This document shows positions 49,062 through 57,759 of a DNA stretch of 64,000 nt, in pieces. Numbering within the stretch: position 1 is the stretch's first letter; every line of letters starts with the position of its first letter. The stretch is from IMG/VR virus record IMGVR_UViG_3300028048_000002, positions 1 to 64,000 of that record; one strand, given 5' to 3'. The notes under the pieces are model-generated. The model worked only from the letters and a program-made list of their open reading frames with translations, was not told the origin of the DNA and did no database searches. The DNA comes from a virus (taxonomy: Duplodnaviria; Caudoviricetes). The position numbers were made by a program, and so were the translations under genes.

Positions 49062-49421
49062 TCACACCTTCAAAATACGATCATCCATTACATTATTATC
49101 TACAAACGAAGTTAAAACTTGCTTTTGTGGAAGAGTCAAATCTATCCCAAAATATCCTTGAGACCAAACAATGACACAATGAGTCTCTACAGCTAACCAG
49201 TATAGAAAATCAAGATAAAATTCAGGAGGACACAAATCAAGAAACTCTTCTCTAGAAATTCCTCTAAGTTTTGCCCCATAATTAATTAGATATTCTTGAT
49301 GAGAAGGTACAGCGTAATGTACAGAGCCATCCTGATGAATTATAACTTCTAAATAATTGATAAAATGCTTAATGTGTTGTTCTAAATCGAAATCAGAGTA
49401 AACATCATACACTATGTCCAC
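49062..49421 (-). CDS. hypothetical protein
   Basis: NYLEVIIHQDGSVHYAVPSHQEYL; AT-rich backbone composition. Confidence 0.65.
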   Translation of the reverse strand: MDIVYDVYSDFDLEQHIKHFINYLEVIIHQDGSVHYAVPSHQEYLINYGAKLRGISREEFLDLCPPEFYLDFLYWLAVETHCVIVWSQGYFGIDLTLPQKQVLTSFVDNNVMDDRILKV

Positions 49422-49654
49422 CTACCATCGAACATCTCTTCAATGGTACCGTCTCTATGATAATAATTTTTTCTGATCCAATGGTTATCTTGGTATGTAA
49501 CTAGCACAATCAGATTCTGGAAAATGCTTAGTTGTATATCCTCTCCTTGGGTGTTATTTCCATAAAACGGTTCAGAAGAATCATGATAAGTATCCATTAT
49601 TTCGATAAGATGATCGAGATCATTGTAGTCATCAATGACAATAGTGTTATTCAT
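49412..49654 (-). CDS. small hypothetical protein, probably early
   Basis: AAGGAG Shine-Dalgarno; sigma70 promoter upstream. Confidence 0.7.
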   Translation of the reverse strand: MNNTIVIDDYNDLDHLIEIMDTYHDSSEPFYGNNTQGEDIQLSIFQNLIVLVTYQDNHWIRKNYYHRDGTIEEMFDGRWT

Positions 49655-49702
49655 ATGTAACTTCTCCTTATCTTCAAGTATTGATGTATCGTTACAATCT
49701 AT

Positions 49703-49731
49703 AGTATAAATTCAGTGAAAAAATTTGTCAA
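49703..49731 (-). promoter_or_regulatory. sigma70-type promoter TTGACA-N17-TATACT
   Basis: -35 at 49731-49726, -10 at 49708-49703. Confidence 0.82.
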
Positions 49732-49744
49732 TAGATAAATAAGT

Positions 49745-49999
49745 TTAAATTTGACTTCTATTTACTATCTTAAAATCATCAATATAATCTAAAGGTAATT
49801 CGCATCTTATCCAAGAATTCACTTCCGAATTTCTCAGAACTACGGTATATTCATCTGATTTCTCTACAACATAAATTCTGTTTTTTCGAATTTTAGGTAA
49901 ATAAAAATCATTCAAACTATAAATTTTACCATCAACATCTATATTTATTAGTTCAATATCTTTATCAGCTTTAACTAGTTTACCTCTTAAATAATCCAT
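49745..49999 (-). CDS. hypothetical protein
   Basis: ORF track; tightly packed in the thyX operon. Confidence 0.6.
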   Translation of the reverse strand: MDYLRGKLVKADKDIELINIDVDGKIYSLNDFYLPKIRKNRIYVVEKSDEYTVVLRNSEVNSWIRCELPLDYIDDFKIVNRSQI

Positions 50000-50000
50000 A

Positions 50001-50375
50001 CTAATCTACCTTTAGAACGTCTCCATAATGCTCAACATAAGAAATTGTAGCAAAATCTAAAACATCGACAGATTCAACCCAAGTGTCTTTGTATAATCTA
50101 TGAGCTAATACAGTAGTAAAACTAGGAACTTCAGGTTCGAAGAATCTATTCAAGTATTCAGGTTTAACTAAATATCCAACACATATATCATATTGAATTC
50201 TTTTACCATGTTTAGATTTTAGATCTCTAGCTCTTTCAGTCCATCTGTCACATTTATAACTAGAATTATAATGAACTACTACTAACTCCAACTTTTTGGA
50301 TTTCAAAGATTGGGGAATTCTGCATAGGAAATCTAAATAAGCATCACTAGGTTGTATAATTTTGATATGATTCAT
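50001..50375 (-). CDS. hypothetical protein
   Basis: ORF track; tightly packed in the thyX operon. Confidence 0.6.
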   Translation of the reverse strand: MNHIKIIQPSDAYLDFLCRIPQSLKSKKLELVVVHYNSSYKCDRWTERARDLKSKHGKRIQYDICVGYLVKPEYLNRFFEPEVPSFTTVLAHRLYKDTWVESVDVLDFATISYVEHYGDVLKVD

Positions 50376-50387
50376 AGTGTATCAATT

Positions 50388-51071
50388 CTATTGCAGTTTA
50401 ACTTTCGGATAAGGGTGTCCACAAGTCATCTTACCTTCTTTGCAGCTACTTAGCACACAATCAGGACCTGCGGTTTCAAACAATTTTGGAGCTACAGATT
50501 TTACACAATTTAACATCATCCAAGCTAGGGTTCTAATTTCTCTTTGTGCCCTGTTGCAACAACGTACATTGAAAAAGTGCCGAAGCTCTCGAGCATTCAT
50601 AGTTACTATGATATTAGTAGTAGCAGCATTAGGTAGAACATATCTTGCATCTTCAGCCGGAATTCCTAAATTTAAAAGATTTTCATATGTTTTTGCGCAT
50701 GTTTGCATACAATTTTCAAATAATTCAAAAGTAGCATCCGAATTATCAATTGAATCAGGTAATACTGTTTCTATAGAATCTTTGTCAAATTTCACATAAC
50801 GTTGAGATTGTTGATTATAACTTGCTATTCTATGCCTAACCAATTGATGAGTTAATGATCTAGAAACTCCACTGATACTAAAAGTAAACACAGCATGTTC
50901 TAATGTAGATAAATGTCCACCAGAAATTACAATATTTAATAGATTTTCAATTTGTTTTTCTGACAAATCTTGAACTAATTGAGATGCATCTAAAGACGAA
51001 TAGCATAACCTAGCAGCTGTAGCTACAATACGCTCAGGTTCCGGAGTATAAGCTATTAAATCTACATGCAT
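50388..51071 (-). CDS. thyX: flavin-dependent thymidylate synthase
   Basis: GHLSTLEH, SRSLTHQLVRHRIASYNQQSQRYV (RHRx7S), EDARYVLP, MNARELRHF..RCC..AQ.EIR. Confidence 0.97.
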   Translation of the reverse strand: MHVDLIAYTPEPERIVATAARLCYSSLDASQLVQDLSEKQIENLLNIVISGGHLSTLEHAVFTFSISGVSRSLTHQLVRHRIASYNQQSQRYVKFDKDSIETVLPDSIDNSDATFELFENCMQTCAKTYENLLNLGIPAEDARYVLPNAATTNIIVTMNARELRHFFNVRCCNRAQREIRTLAWMMLNCVKSVAPKLFETAGPDCVLSSCKEGKMTCGHPYPKVKLQ

Positions 51072-51095
51072 AATTTTATCACATCCTAAAGTATA

Positions 51096-51179
51096 TTATT
51101 TCTTTAAATTATCAGGCATGGAATCAGAGACTAAATAAATTACAATACTTACAACAATAATTAACCCTAAAATATACAT
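51096..51179 (-). CDS. 27-aa single-transmembrane peptide (MYILGLIIVVSIVIYLVSDSMPDNLKK)
   Basis: Not in the ORF track; AAGGGAG Shine-Dalgarno; fills the gap before thyX. Confidence 0.5.
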   Translation of the reverse strand: MYILGLIIVVSIVIYLVSDSMPDNLKK

Positions 51180-51192
51180 AATTGCTCCCTTA

Positions 51193-51573
51193 TTAACACG
51201 TTAAAGAGTCTTCAATAAACTTAAATCTGTTATTTAAATCTATTGTGTTAAATAACAATGAATATAACCCGTTATCTAACTCTGGTAATTCACGCTGATT
51301 ACTAACTTGCTCAACTTCAACTTGTTTAAATACTTTACCAATATCAAAGTATTCATAACATTTATTTTTATAATATAACTTAGCACTTATTCTAATAGGC
51401 TTGTTTTTAGTGTTTAAATAATGGCCTTTAAATAGTATACATCCTATTTCTTTACTTAAAGGGTTTAATAAGGGTTTAAACTTTAATGAAATTTCATTAG
51501 ATTGAATCTGGTTAAACTCTGTAAGTACTAAAGTTTCTTCATTAGGAATTCGAAAGTTATCCATATAAAACAC
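51193..51573 (-). CDS. hypothetical protein
   Basis: ORF track; TCGTT motif upstream. Confidence 0.55.
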   Translation of the reverse strand: MFYMDNFRIPNEETLVLTEFNQIQSNEISLKFKPLLNPLSKEIGCILFKGHYLNTKNKPIRISAKLYYKNKCYEYFDIGKVFKQVEVEQVSNQRELPELDNGLYSLLFNTIDLNNRFKFIEDSLTC

Positions 51574-51652
51574 CTAAAAATAAATCGTTACAATATAACT
51601 ATTATAACGATTTAAATGAAGTTGGTAATGTTAATAGAAAATAGATAAGTAA

Positions 51653-51913
51653 TTATTCAATATCTTCATCATCTACAGCATTAGATAAATCATCACCTGC
51701 TAATGATAAATCATCACCCAATCTATAAAAGTATTGGCCTAAATCATAATATGTATTACAATCCGTATTTGCGCCTCTAACTAGATGTTTGATTTCATAT
51801 TCTGCATTTCGTAATACTTCTAAGATATCCATAATAGACATCATTTCTTCATTTAAATCTGGATCCCATCCATCATCATAAATTTGATCACTAGCTACTA
51901 AAACCTTTTTCAT
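51653..51913 (-). CDS. small acidic protein with MKKVLVAS leader (candidate head cargo)
   Basis: AAGGAG Shine-Dalgarno; last gene of a putative late operon. Confidence 0.65.
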   Translation of the reverse strand: MKKVLVASDQIYDDGWDPDLNEEMMSIMDILEVLRNAEYEIKHLVRGANTDCNTYYDLGQYFYRLGDDLSLAGDDLSNAVDDEDIE

Positions 51914-51924
51914 GATAAATCTCC

Positions 51925-53169
51925 TTAACTTGCATCAGGAATAGAACTTTCTTCTTTACTTTCATATGAAATAACTAAATCAGATCCATCAAATCCTATA
52001 CTGAAAATTCCGTTTTTTATAAAATTAGAATTCCAAAAATTTTCGGATTGACGATAATACCCAGGTAGTTTAGAAATATTCAACCCATATGGATGTTCTT
52101 TATCAGGAATACCGTCAATTTCAGGATATTCAATATATTCAGTATTAACTTTATCGTAAGCTATATCAAATAAATAGCCAGAAGAAGACTCAGAATCAAT
52201 TGCTACAACTTTTAAAGGTATAATTCCTCCAGGTACAGCAATTTGTAGTAAATTATTGAATTTACTATTATAAACCGTATTATGAATACTATCGTCTAAT
52301 TGTAATGATCCATATATATAATCACCTATATTTAGGTTTTGAGGTACATTGTTTAATTGACATTCAAATATCTGATAAGGATTCTCAGATAAGGTAAAAC
52401 TGCAATTGATATCAAAATCACATTTTAATGAATCATCGGATTTTTGAGTGTTTACATTTTCTAAATTAACCGGAACAACAAGTAATTCAGATATAACAAC
52501 ACTTGAAGGTCCTGAATTATGTAAGGCATTAGCATCTGTAACAACAAGAGAAATTCCAGCATCTATACTTTCATTAAAATATACAGACAGGAATCCTGAA
52601 ATAGAATGAGATATTGATACAGAAGTTTCAGTAGTTTCCGGTAATAGAATTTCATCACAGCACTGTAGTTTTTCAGATAATTCATTATCACTATTCTGTG
52701 TATATGCATTTATTTGAACATTATAAGTAGCACCTTTAAATTCTTTTGGAACATCAAATAGTACATTAGCACTCACAAAATAAAGTTTTTCAGCTAAAGT
52801 AGGGTCATAATCTTCATATAAACTTATATGTTGTGGGTCCAATGTAGGTACAACAAAACTCTGTATATATTTTCTAGGCTCGTCATAAAGATTGGCTTTA
52901 TGAGTAACATTCAATACACCTTCATTAGAAATTTCTAACGTATTACCTACTTTTATTAATCCTAAATCATCAGAAGATGCAATACCTACAGTGTAATTAT
53001 TAGAAACCACGCCATCTACTACACGTAGTCCTTGACCTATTTTGCATATACCATATTCTGTAGTTGAAGCTTTAGGAAAATCATCATAATTAGATAATAG
53101 TTTATCATCAATATACTCTCTAATACGTCTCCAAGCATATACTAAACCGTTTTCATCTAAGTATCCCAT
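51925..53169 (-). CDS. fibre-like virion protein with MGYLDENGL..W N-terminus
   Basis: AS....G..K.G..L....G.. repeats typical of fibre shafts; beta-rich C-terminus. Confidence 0.6.
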   Translation of the reverse strand: MGYLDENGLVYAWRRIREYIDDKLLSNYDDFPKASTTEYGICKIGQGLRVVDGVVSNNYTVGIASSDDLGLIKVGNTLEISNEGVLNVTHKANLYDEPRKYIQSFVVPTLDPQHISLYEDYDPTLAEKLYFVSANVLFDVPKEFKGATYNVQINAYTQNSDNELSEKLQCCDEILLPETTETSVSISHSISGFLSVYFNESIDAGISLVVTDANALHNSGPSSVVISELLVVPVNLENVNTQKSDDSLKCDFDINCSFTLSENPYQIFECQLNNVPQNLNIGDYIYGSLQLDDSIHNTVYNSKFNNLLQIAVPGGIIPLKVVAIDSESSSGYLFDIAYDKVNTEYIEYPEIDGIPDKEHPYGLNISKLPGYYRQSENFWNSNFIKNGIFSIGFDGSDLVISYESKEESSIPDAS

Positions 53170-53187
53170 GATAACTCCGTGAAATCA

Positions 53188-53448
53188 TTAATTATTTACA
53201 GGTGCTTCTGAAGAATTTGAAGGTTCAAATTGTAATAAATCATTATTGATTATATTTATGATATCATCAGTTAGATTTTCTGCTAAAGTCGGAGTAATTT
53301 CATTATTAATATAATTTTTAACCTCATCAGAAACATCTTCTTTAATAGCATCTAATTGTGTTGTTACTTCAGATTCTAGCTTACCATCTACGTAATCTCT
53401 AAGCTGCTTCCATATATAAACTAGCCCATTTTCATCTAAGTAACCCAC
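53188..53448 (-). CDS. short coiled-coil protein made almost entirely of the MGYLDENGL..W module
   Basis: N-terminus nearly identical to 51925..53169; AAGGAG Shine-Dalgarno; GTG start. Confidence 0.6.
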   Translation of the reverse strand: MGYLDENGLVYIWKQLRDYVDGKLESEVTTQLDAIKEDVSDEVKNYINNEITPTLAENLTDDIINIINNDLLQFEPSNSSEAPVNN

Positions 53449-53506
53449 TATTACTCCTTAGGATAAAAATTCAGTTACATACGTAAATAAGGTGATGTAA
53501 TTGAAT

Positions 53507-54889
53507 TTAAAGCATTGCATATAATCCAGTTAAATTCTTTGACGCTGAGGAAGAACTTGCTGAACCCACATTATGAACGCCTCCTGCAGCATAAGTACAA
53601 GTTCCATCAGAACTGACTTTAACTGTAGCTAATGCTACTTGTGCTCCATTACCCGGATCATAACCTCCAACAAAGTTTATATTACCTGAAGCTGATCGAA
53701 ACCCTACTAATGAATATCCACCAGATAATGTTAACAAGAAAAATCTATATTTTAAAACATCGGGTAATTTTGTAGAACCTAATTGGTTACCTTTTGCTAC
53801 ATTCCCTGTAAATATAGTTTTATAAGTTAAGCCACCTAAATTCTCACGATTAATACCTAAAGCTGCGCGGGCTTCAGCTGCTGTTGTTTTTCCTGTTCCC
53901 CCTTTAGCTATGCTTACTACAGGTAAATCTGCATTCACTAACTTTCTAAAAGACGAAGAACCTTTTGATCCAGATGCAGGCCCTGCAAATACAGTATTTA
54001 TAGCAATACTATCATTATTTACTCCAGTACCTCCGCTAGTTTTAGGAGCAATTCCCAAACCAGCATAAGTTATTCCAAGATCTTGTTTAAATTTAGCAGT
54101 ATCAGAGCAACTATAAAATCGGGTACCATCAGCATTTACACCTACTGAAAATTGATTAGTAATTAATGTATTAGAGCTATTTTCACCATAAGCTTCAATA
54201 CTACTATACTTTTTACCATCAGATTTAGTTTGTCGAACTTTATAGCTACCAATTAATTTGTCATTTAAATCTCTAACCCCAAAAGCACGTAGATCATCTA
54301 CACTAGATTTTTTATTATAACCTCTATTCATGCTGATAGAATCTAAATACATGTTTCCTTCTGTATTAAATATTCCATGCTTAAGAATTGACGGATCAGT
54401 AGAACTTGTAGCTTTGGAATAAAAATGTATTACAGAATCTGAAGTTAAAATTAAATCTTTTCCTGAAGCTAAATTAAAATCAGACAAGTATCCATTTGAA
54501 ACTAAAGCTTCTAAATTTTGAGGGCTAGCTCCTCCGCCTATAATCATATCCCCACCAGATTTAACAAGCATGTTATACCAATTGCTTGAACCTGTATAAT
54601 TTGTCTGCGGATATACCCTAATATAACTATAATATGTAGGATCCGCATCAATATCACTTGAACTAGAAGCTACAGATAATTGTAATTCAGATAAATTTTG
54701 ATCTGTACCGTTTATTACAACTTTGTTTCTAGCATAAAGAAACCCTTTAAGTTTCCCTCCAGTTATAGGAAAATATTGAGACAATGTACCATCCGGCAAA
54801 GTGTGTAACTCAATCTGCTCTTGTACATACGTTTTGATTTTTTCCCAGAATGCTTGAAGACCTGGTTGAATTGTTCTATTAGTAGGCAT
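53507..54889 (-). CDS. tail fibre / receptor-binding protein, paralog A
   Basis: YFPITGGKLKG, VFAGPASG...FRKLV..DLP, GGTGKTTAAEARAALG fibre motifs. Confidence 0.75.
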   Translation of the reverse strand: MPTNRTIQPGLQAFWEKIKTYVQEQIELHTLPDGTLSQYFPITGGKLKGFLYARNKVVINGTDQNLSELQLSVASSSSDIDADPTYYSYIRVYPQTNYTGSSNWYNMLVKSGGDMIIGGGASPQNLEALVSNGYLSDFNLASGKDLILTSDSVIHFYSKATSSTDPSILKHGIFNTEGNMYLDSISMNRGYNKKSSVDDLRAFGVRDLNDKLIGSYKVRQTKSDGKKYSSIEAYGENSSNTLITNQFSVGVNADGTRFYSCSDTAKFKQDLGITYAGLGIAPKTSGGTGVNNDSIAINTVFAGPASGSKGSSSFRKLVNADLPVVSIAKGGTGKTTAAEARAALGINRENLGGLTYKTIFTGNVAKGNQLGSTKLPDVLKYRFFLLTLSGGYSLVGFRSASGNINFVGGYDPGNGAQVALATVKVSSDGTCTYAAGGVHNVGSASSSSASKNLTGLYAML

Positions 54890-54919
54890 TTTACCTCTCT
54901 TAATGACTTTATCGTAAAG

Positions 54920-55348
54920 TTATACTTCTTTAACTACTTTTTCCCAATATTTTGAAATAGTTGGAACAGTTTTTGGAGTACTATTATGCGAAACAATGCA
55001 TTTGTATAAAACATCATCATACGACACTATTGAATCTTTTGCATAATATTCAGTTTCTACCCAATCAGGAAAGAAATTATACATTCTAGAAACTACATCA
55101 TCTGGAAGTAAAGGTAGAACAGTTTGTGGTGAATTTTGTACCAAAGCACTAATTACATCTGAAGCACTTGCAGGTTGCGAAGTAGATTCAATAGGTTGTT
55201 TTACAAATTCGTCACCAATTAATACATAATCTTCAAAATTTTCTGGAAACTCTAAAGTAGTGTAAGTCCATAAATTTGTATCTTGAATTGGAGGTTCTTC
55301 ATATCGTAAACCTATTACTCTGTTTTCAGCATTTAATTGATACCACAT
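54920..55348 (-). CDS. fibre-associated protein with C-terminal CBM5/12 (ChtBD3)-like module
   Basis: W....YAKDSIVSYDDVLYKCIVSH.S...P......W; lies between the two fibre genes. Confidence 0.6.
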   Translation of the reverse strand: MWYQLNAENRVIGLRYEEPPIQDTNLWTYTTLEFPENFEDYVLIGDEFVKQPIESTSQPASASDVISALVQNSPQTVLPLLPDDVVSRMYNFFPDWVETEYYAKDSIVSYDDVLYKCIVSHNSTPKTVPTISKYWEKVVKEV

Positions 55349-55362
55349 ATTTCACCTCTAGT

Positions 55363-56697
55363 TTAAATTAACCCAAATAAACCTGTAATATTTCTAGCTT
55401 TTGATAACGCAGTACCTGAACCTACACTATGTTCACCACCAGCTATATACGTACATTTACCTTTAGTATCTACAGCAATTTGGGCAAGTTCTACATGAGC
55501 GCCATTTCCTAAGTCTTTACCACCTACAAGATATATATTACCAGAAGCTGATGTAGATCCTGTACGATAACCATAAGTATAACAGCCATTTGTTAAAGTA
55601 GCCATGAAATATCTGTAGTTAAAAACAGCAGTATTTGTACCTATTACTCCACCTGAAGCTACGTTTAAAGAAGAAAATACAGTTTGATATGAAATACCAC
55701 CTAAATTAGCACGAGTAACGCCTAAAGCTGAACGGGCTTCAGCTGCTGTTGTTTTTCCTGTTCCACCTTTTGAAATAGGTATAACTGGTAAATCATTAGC
55801 TACTATTGCTCTAAATGTAGCATTCCCAGCATTTCCAGAAGATGGGCCTGCAAAAACTTTATTTATTGCAACACTATTATTGTTAACTTGTGTTCCACCT
55901 TGTGCTCTGGGCACTATACCTAGTGTAGAATAATTTATACCCATATCAGATCTAAATTTAGTTTTATCTGAACATGTATAATATCTAGTTCCTGTTTTAT
56001 CAACACCTACACAAAACGAATTCCACACACCTGTATTAGTAGAATTAAAACCATAAGCTTCAAGCATTGCAAGTTTACTGCCATCAGATTGTTGTCTGCC
56101 AGTAAATCTACCTACTACTTTTTTATTTTTATCATATACAGCAAATACTTTTGAGTAATTTTGATCTAATGTAACGTTATAGGTATTATCCATATCATTA
56201 GAATATGTATACATACTACCATCAGTACCAATCAAAAGATGATTTCTTGAACTGAAAGTATTGCAATTAGTGTATACATGGATTGCATTATCAGCACTTA
56301 ATGCTAATGCTTCAGATGTTTTTGAAAAATCTGTTAACGTTCCATTATTAACTGCATCGTAGATAGCACTAGGTGACTCTCCCCCACCTATTATTATATT
56401 GCCACCAGATCTTATCACCATGTTATGTCCAGCAGCGGGTGATAGTCCTTGATCATAAGCTTGTATGTAACTTACATAGTCGTTATTTGAAGTAGTAAAT
56501 GCTAATTTAGGTTGAGAGTTTTTTATGTCCAACAATCCGTCAACTTGTAGATTACCAGTTACTTCTCCACCAGAAATTGGCAAAAAATCACCTGAAGCGC
56601 CACCACCGTGCTGATTAACATAATTGGCAACATATTGCTTTATTTTTGACCAAAAAGTTTCTAAACCCTGATAATTTAGATATTTATCATCAGCCAT
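55363..56697 (-). CDS. tail fibre / receptor-binding protein, paralog B
   Basis: Collinear with 53507..54889 over its full length. Confidence 0.75.
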   Translation of the reverse strand: MADDKYLNYQGLETFWSKIKQYVANYVNQHGGGASGDFLPISGGEVTGNLQVDGLLDIKNSQPKLAFTTSNNDYVSYIQAYDQGLSPAAGHNMVIRSGGNIIIGGGESPSAIYDAVNNGTLTDFSKTSEALALSADNAIHVYTNCNTFSSRNHLLIGTDGSMYTYSNDMDNTYNVTLDQNYSKVFAVYDKNKKVVGRFTGRQQSDGSKLAMLEAYGFNSTNTGVWNSFCVGVDKTGTRYYTCSDKTKFRSDMGINYSTLGIVPRAQGGTQVNNNSVAINKVFAGPSSGNAGNATFRAIVANDLPVIPISKGGTGKTTAAEARSALGVTRANLGGISYQTVFSSLNVASGGVIGTNTAVFNYRYFMATLTNGCYTYGYRTGSTSASGNIYLVGGKDLGNGAHVELAQIAVDTKGKCTYIAGGEHSVGSGTALSKARNITGLFGLI

Positions 56698-56764
56698 ATT
56701 ACCTGATACCCTTCAAATCAAATTATATACGAAACAATTAGATTGAAGGTTTCATATTAGCTAG

Positions 56765-57751
56765 CTAAAGATTTTCAATAAAATTTAACCAATCCTCTAT
56801 AGTTATTGACTCCATAGGCATACCTTCGAGAACACTTCTAGATCTAACATTATTAGAAATCATCATTTTATCTTGATCTTTAAGCTCATCCCATAGATAC
56901 TTGTATTTTTTTAAATATGATTTGAATCTACGATCTACTTGATGCCTATAATCAGCATTAATTGTATCAATCCACTCTTTTTTATTCATGGTATAATATG
57001 CATCAAATATCATTACAGCAGAATGAAATTGAGCTTTTTCAAATAATTTTCTATAAAGAAGTTCTGATACTAATGCATCATTAGAGTCAATCATATTTGA
57101 ATATGTTTTTAGTATGTACTTTGGGTCATGCCTACACACGCTAGCGTCACGCCATTTCCACAAATAAAAAGCTGTAGGACAATATTTTGCTCTATTCGGA
57201 TTTGCAATACTTTGAACCAACACATTAAAATAGCTATCTTCATGTACAGTTAAGTTCGGATTAAACTTTAAATTATTTTGCATTAAAAACTTTCGTCTAT
57301 GTACTTTACCATGAACAAAAGTTGAATCCATTTCATGGTTTACATACACGGGTTCACCTGTTTCAGGATTACGAGTTTCTTCTATAAACATGGATGTAAG
57401 TGTATCAAATCCAGCTTCTATCTCATTAAAAATGATATATAATCCACAAACATGACAAAACATATCATCAGCATCACAAAACATAACATAATCGGCTTTT
57501 GCAGCTCTTAATGCAGCATTACGAGCTTCACTTACTCCGAGTTTTTCGGGTAAACTTACTTGTTTAACCTCAAAGGAGTAAGAATCATTCCATTCAGATA
57601 TAGGGAGTTCAATAGCTTTTGGACCATCATAAGCTATGATAACTCCAACTTCTGCTAAATCAACTGATTGTTGTATAGAAATTGAATTTAATAAATTTTC
57701 AATTTCATTATATGCTTCATCATAATGGGGGATTAATATCTGTAATTTCAT
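56765..57751 (-). CDS. family 2 glycosyltransferase (GT-A fold)
   Basis: ILIPHY...LLNSI..Q...GVSEARNAAL...YVMFCDADD...HED.YF. Confidence 0.9.
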   Translation of the reverse strand: MKLQILIPHYDEAYNEIENLLNSISIQQSVDLAEVGVIIAYDGPKAIELPISEWNDSYSFEVKQVSLPEKLGVSEARNAALRAAKADYVMFCDADDMFCHVCGLYIIFNEIEAGFDTLTSMFIEETRNPETGEPVYVNHEMDSTFVHGKVHRRKFLMQNNLKFNPNLTVHEDSYFNVLVQSIANPNRAKYCPTAFYLWKWRDASVCRHDPKYILKTYSNMIDSNDALVSELLYRKLFEKAQFHSAVMIFDAYYTMNKKEWIDTINADYRHQVDRRFKSYLKKYKYLWDELKDQDKMMISNNVRSRSVLEGMPMESITIEDWLNFIENL

Positions 57752-57759
57752 TTATATAC

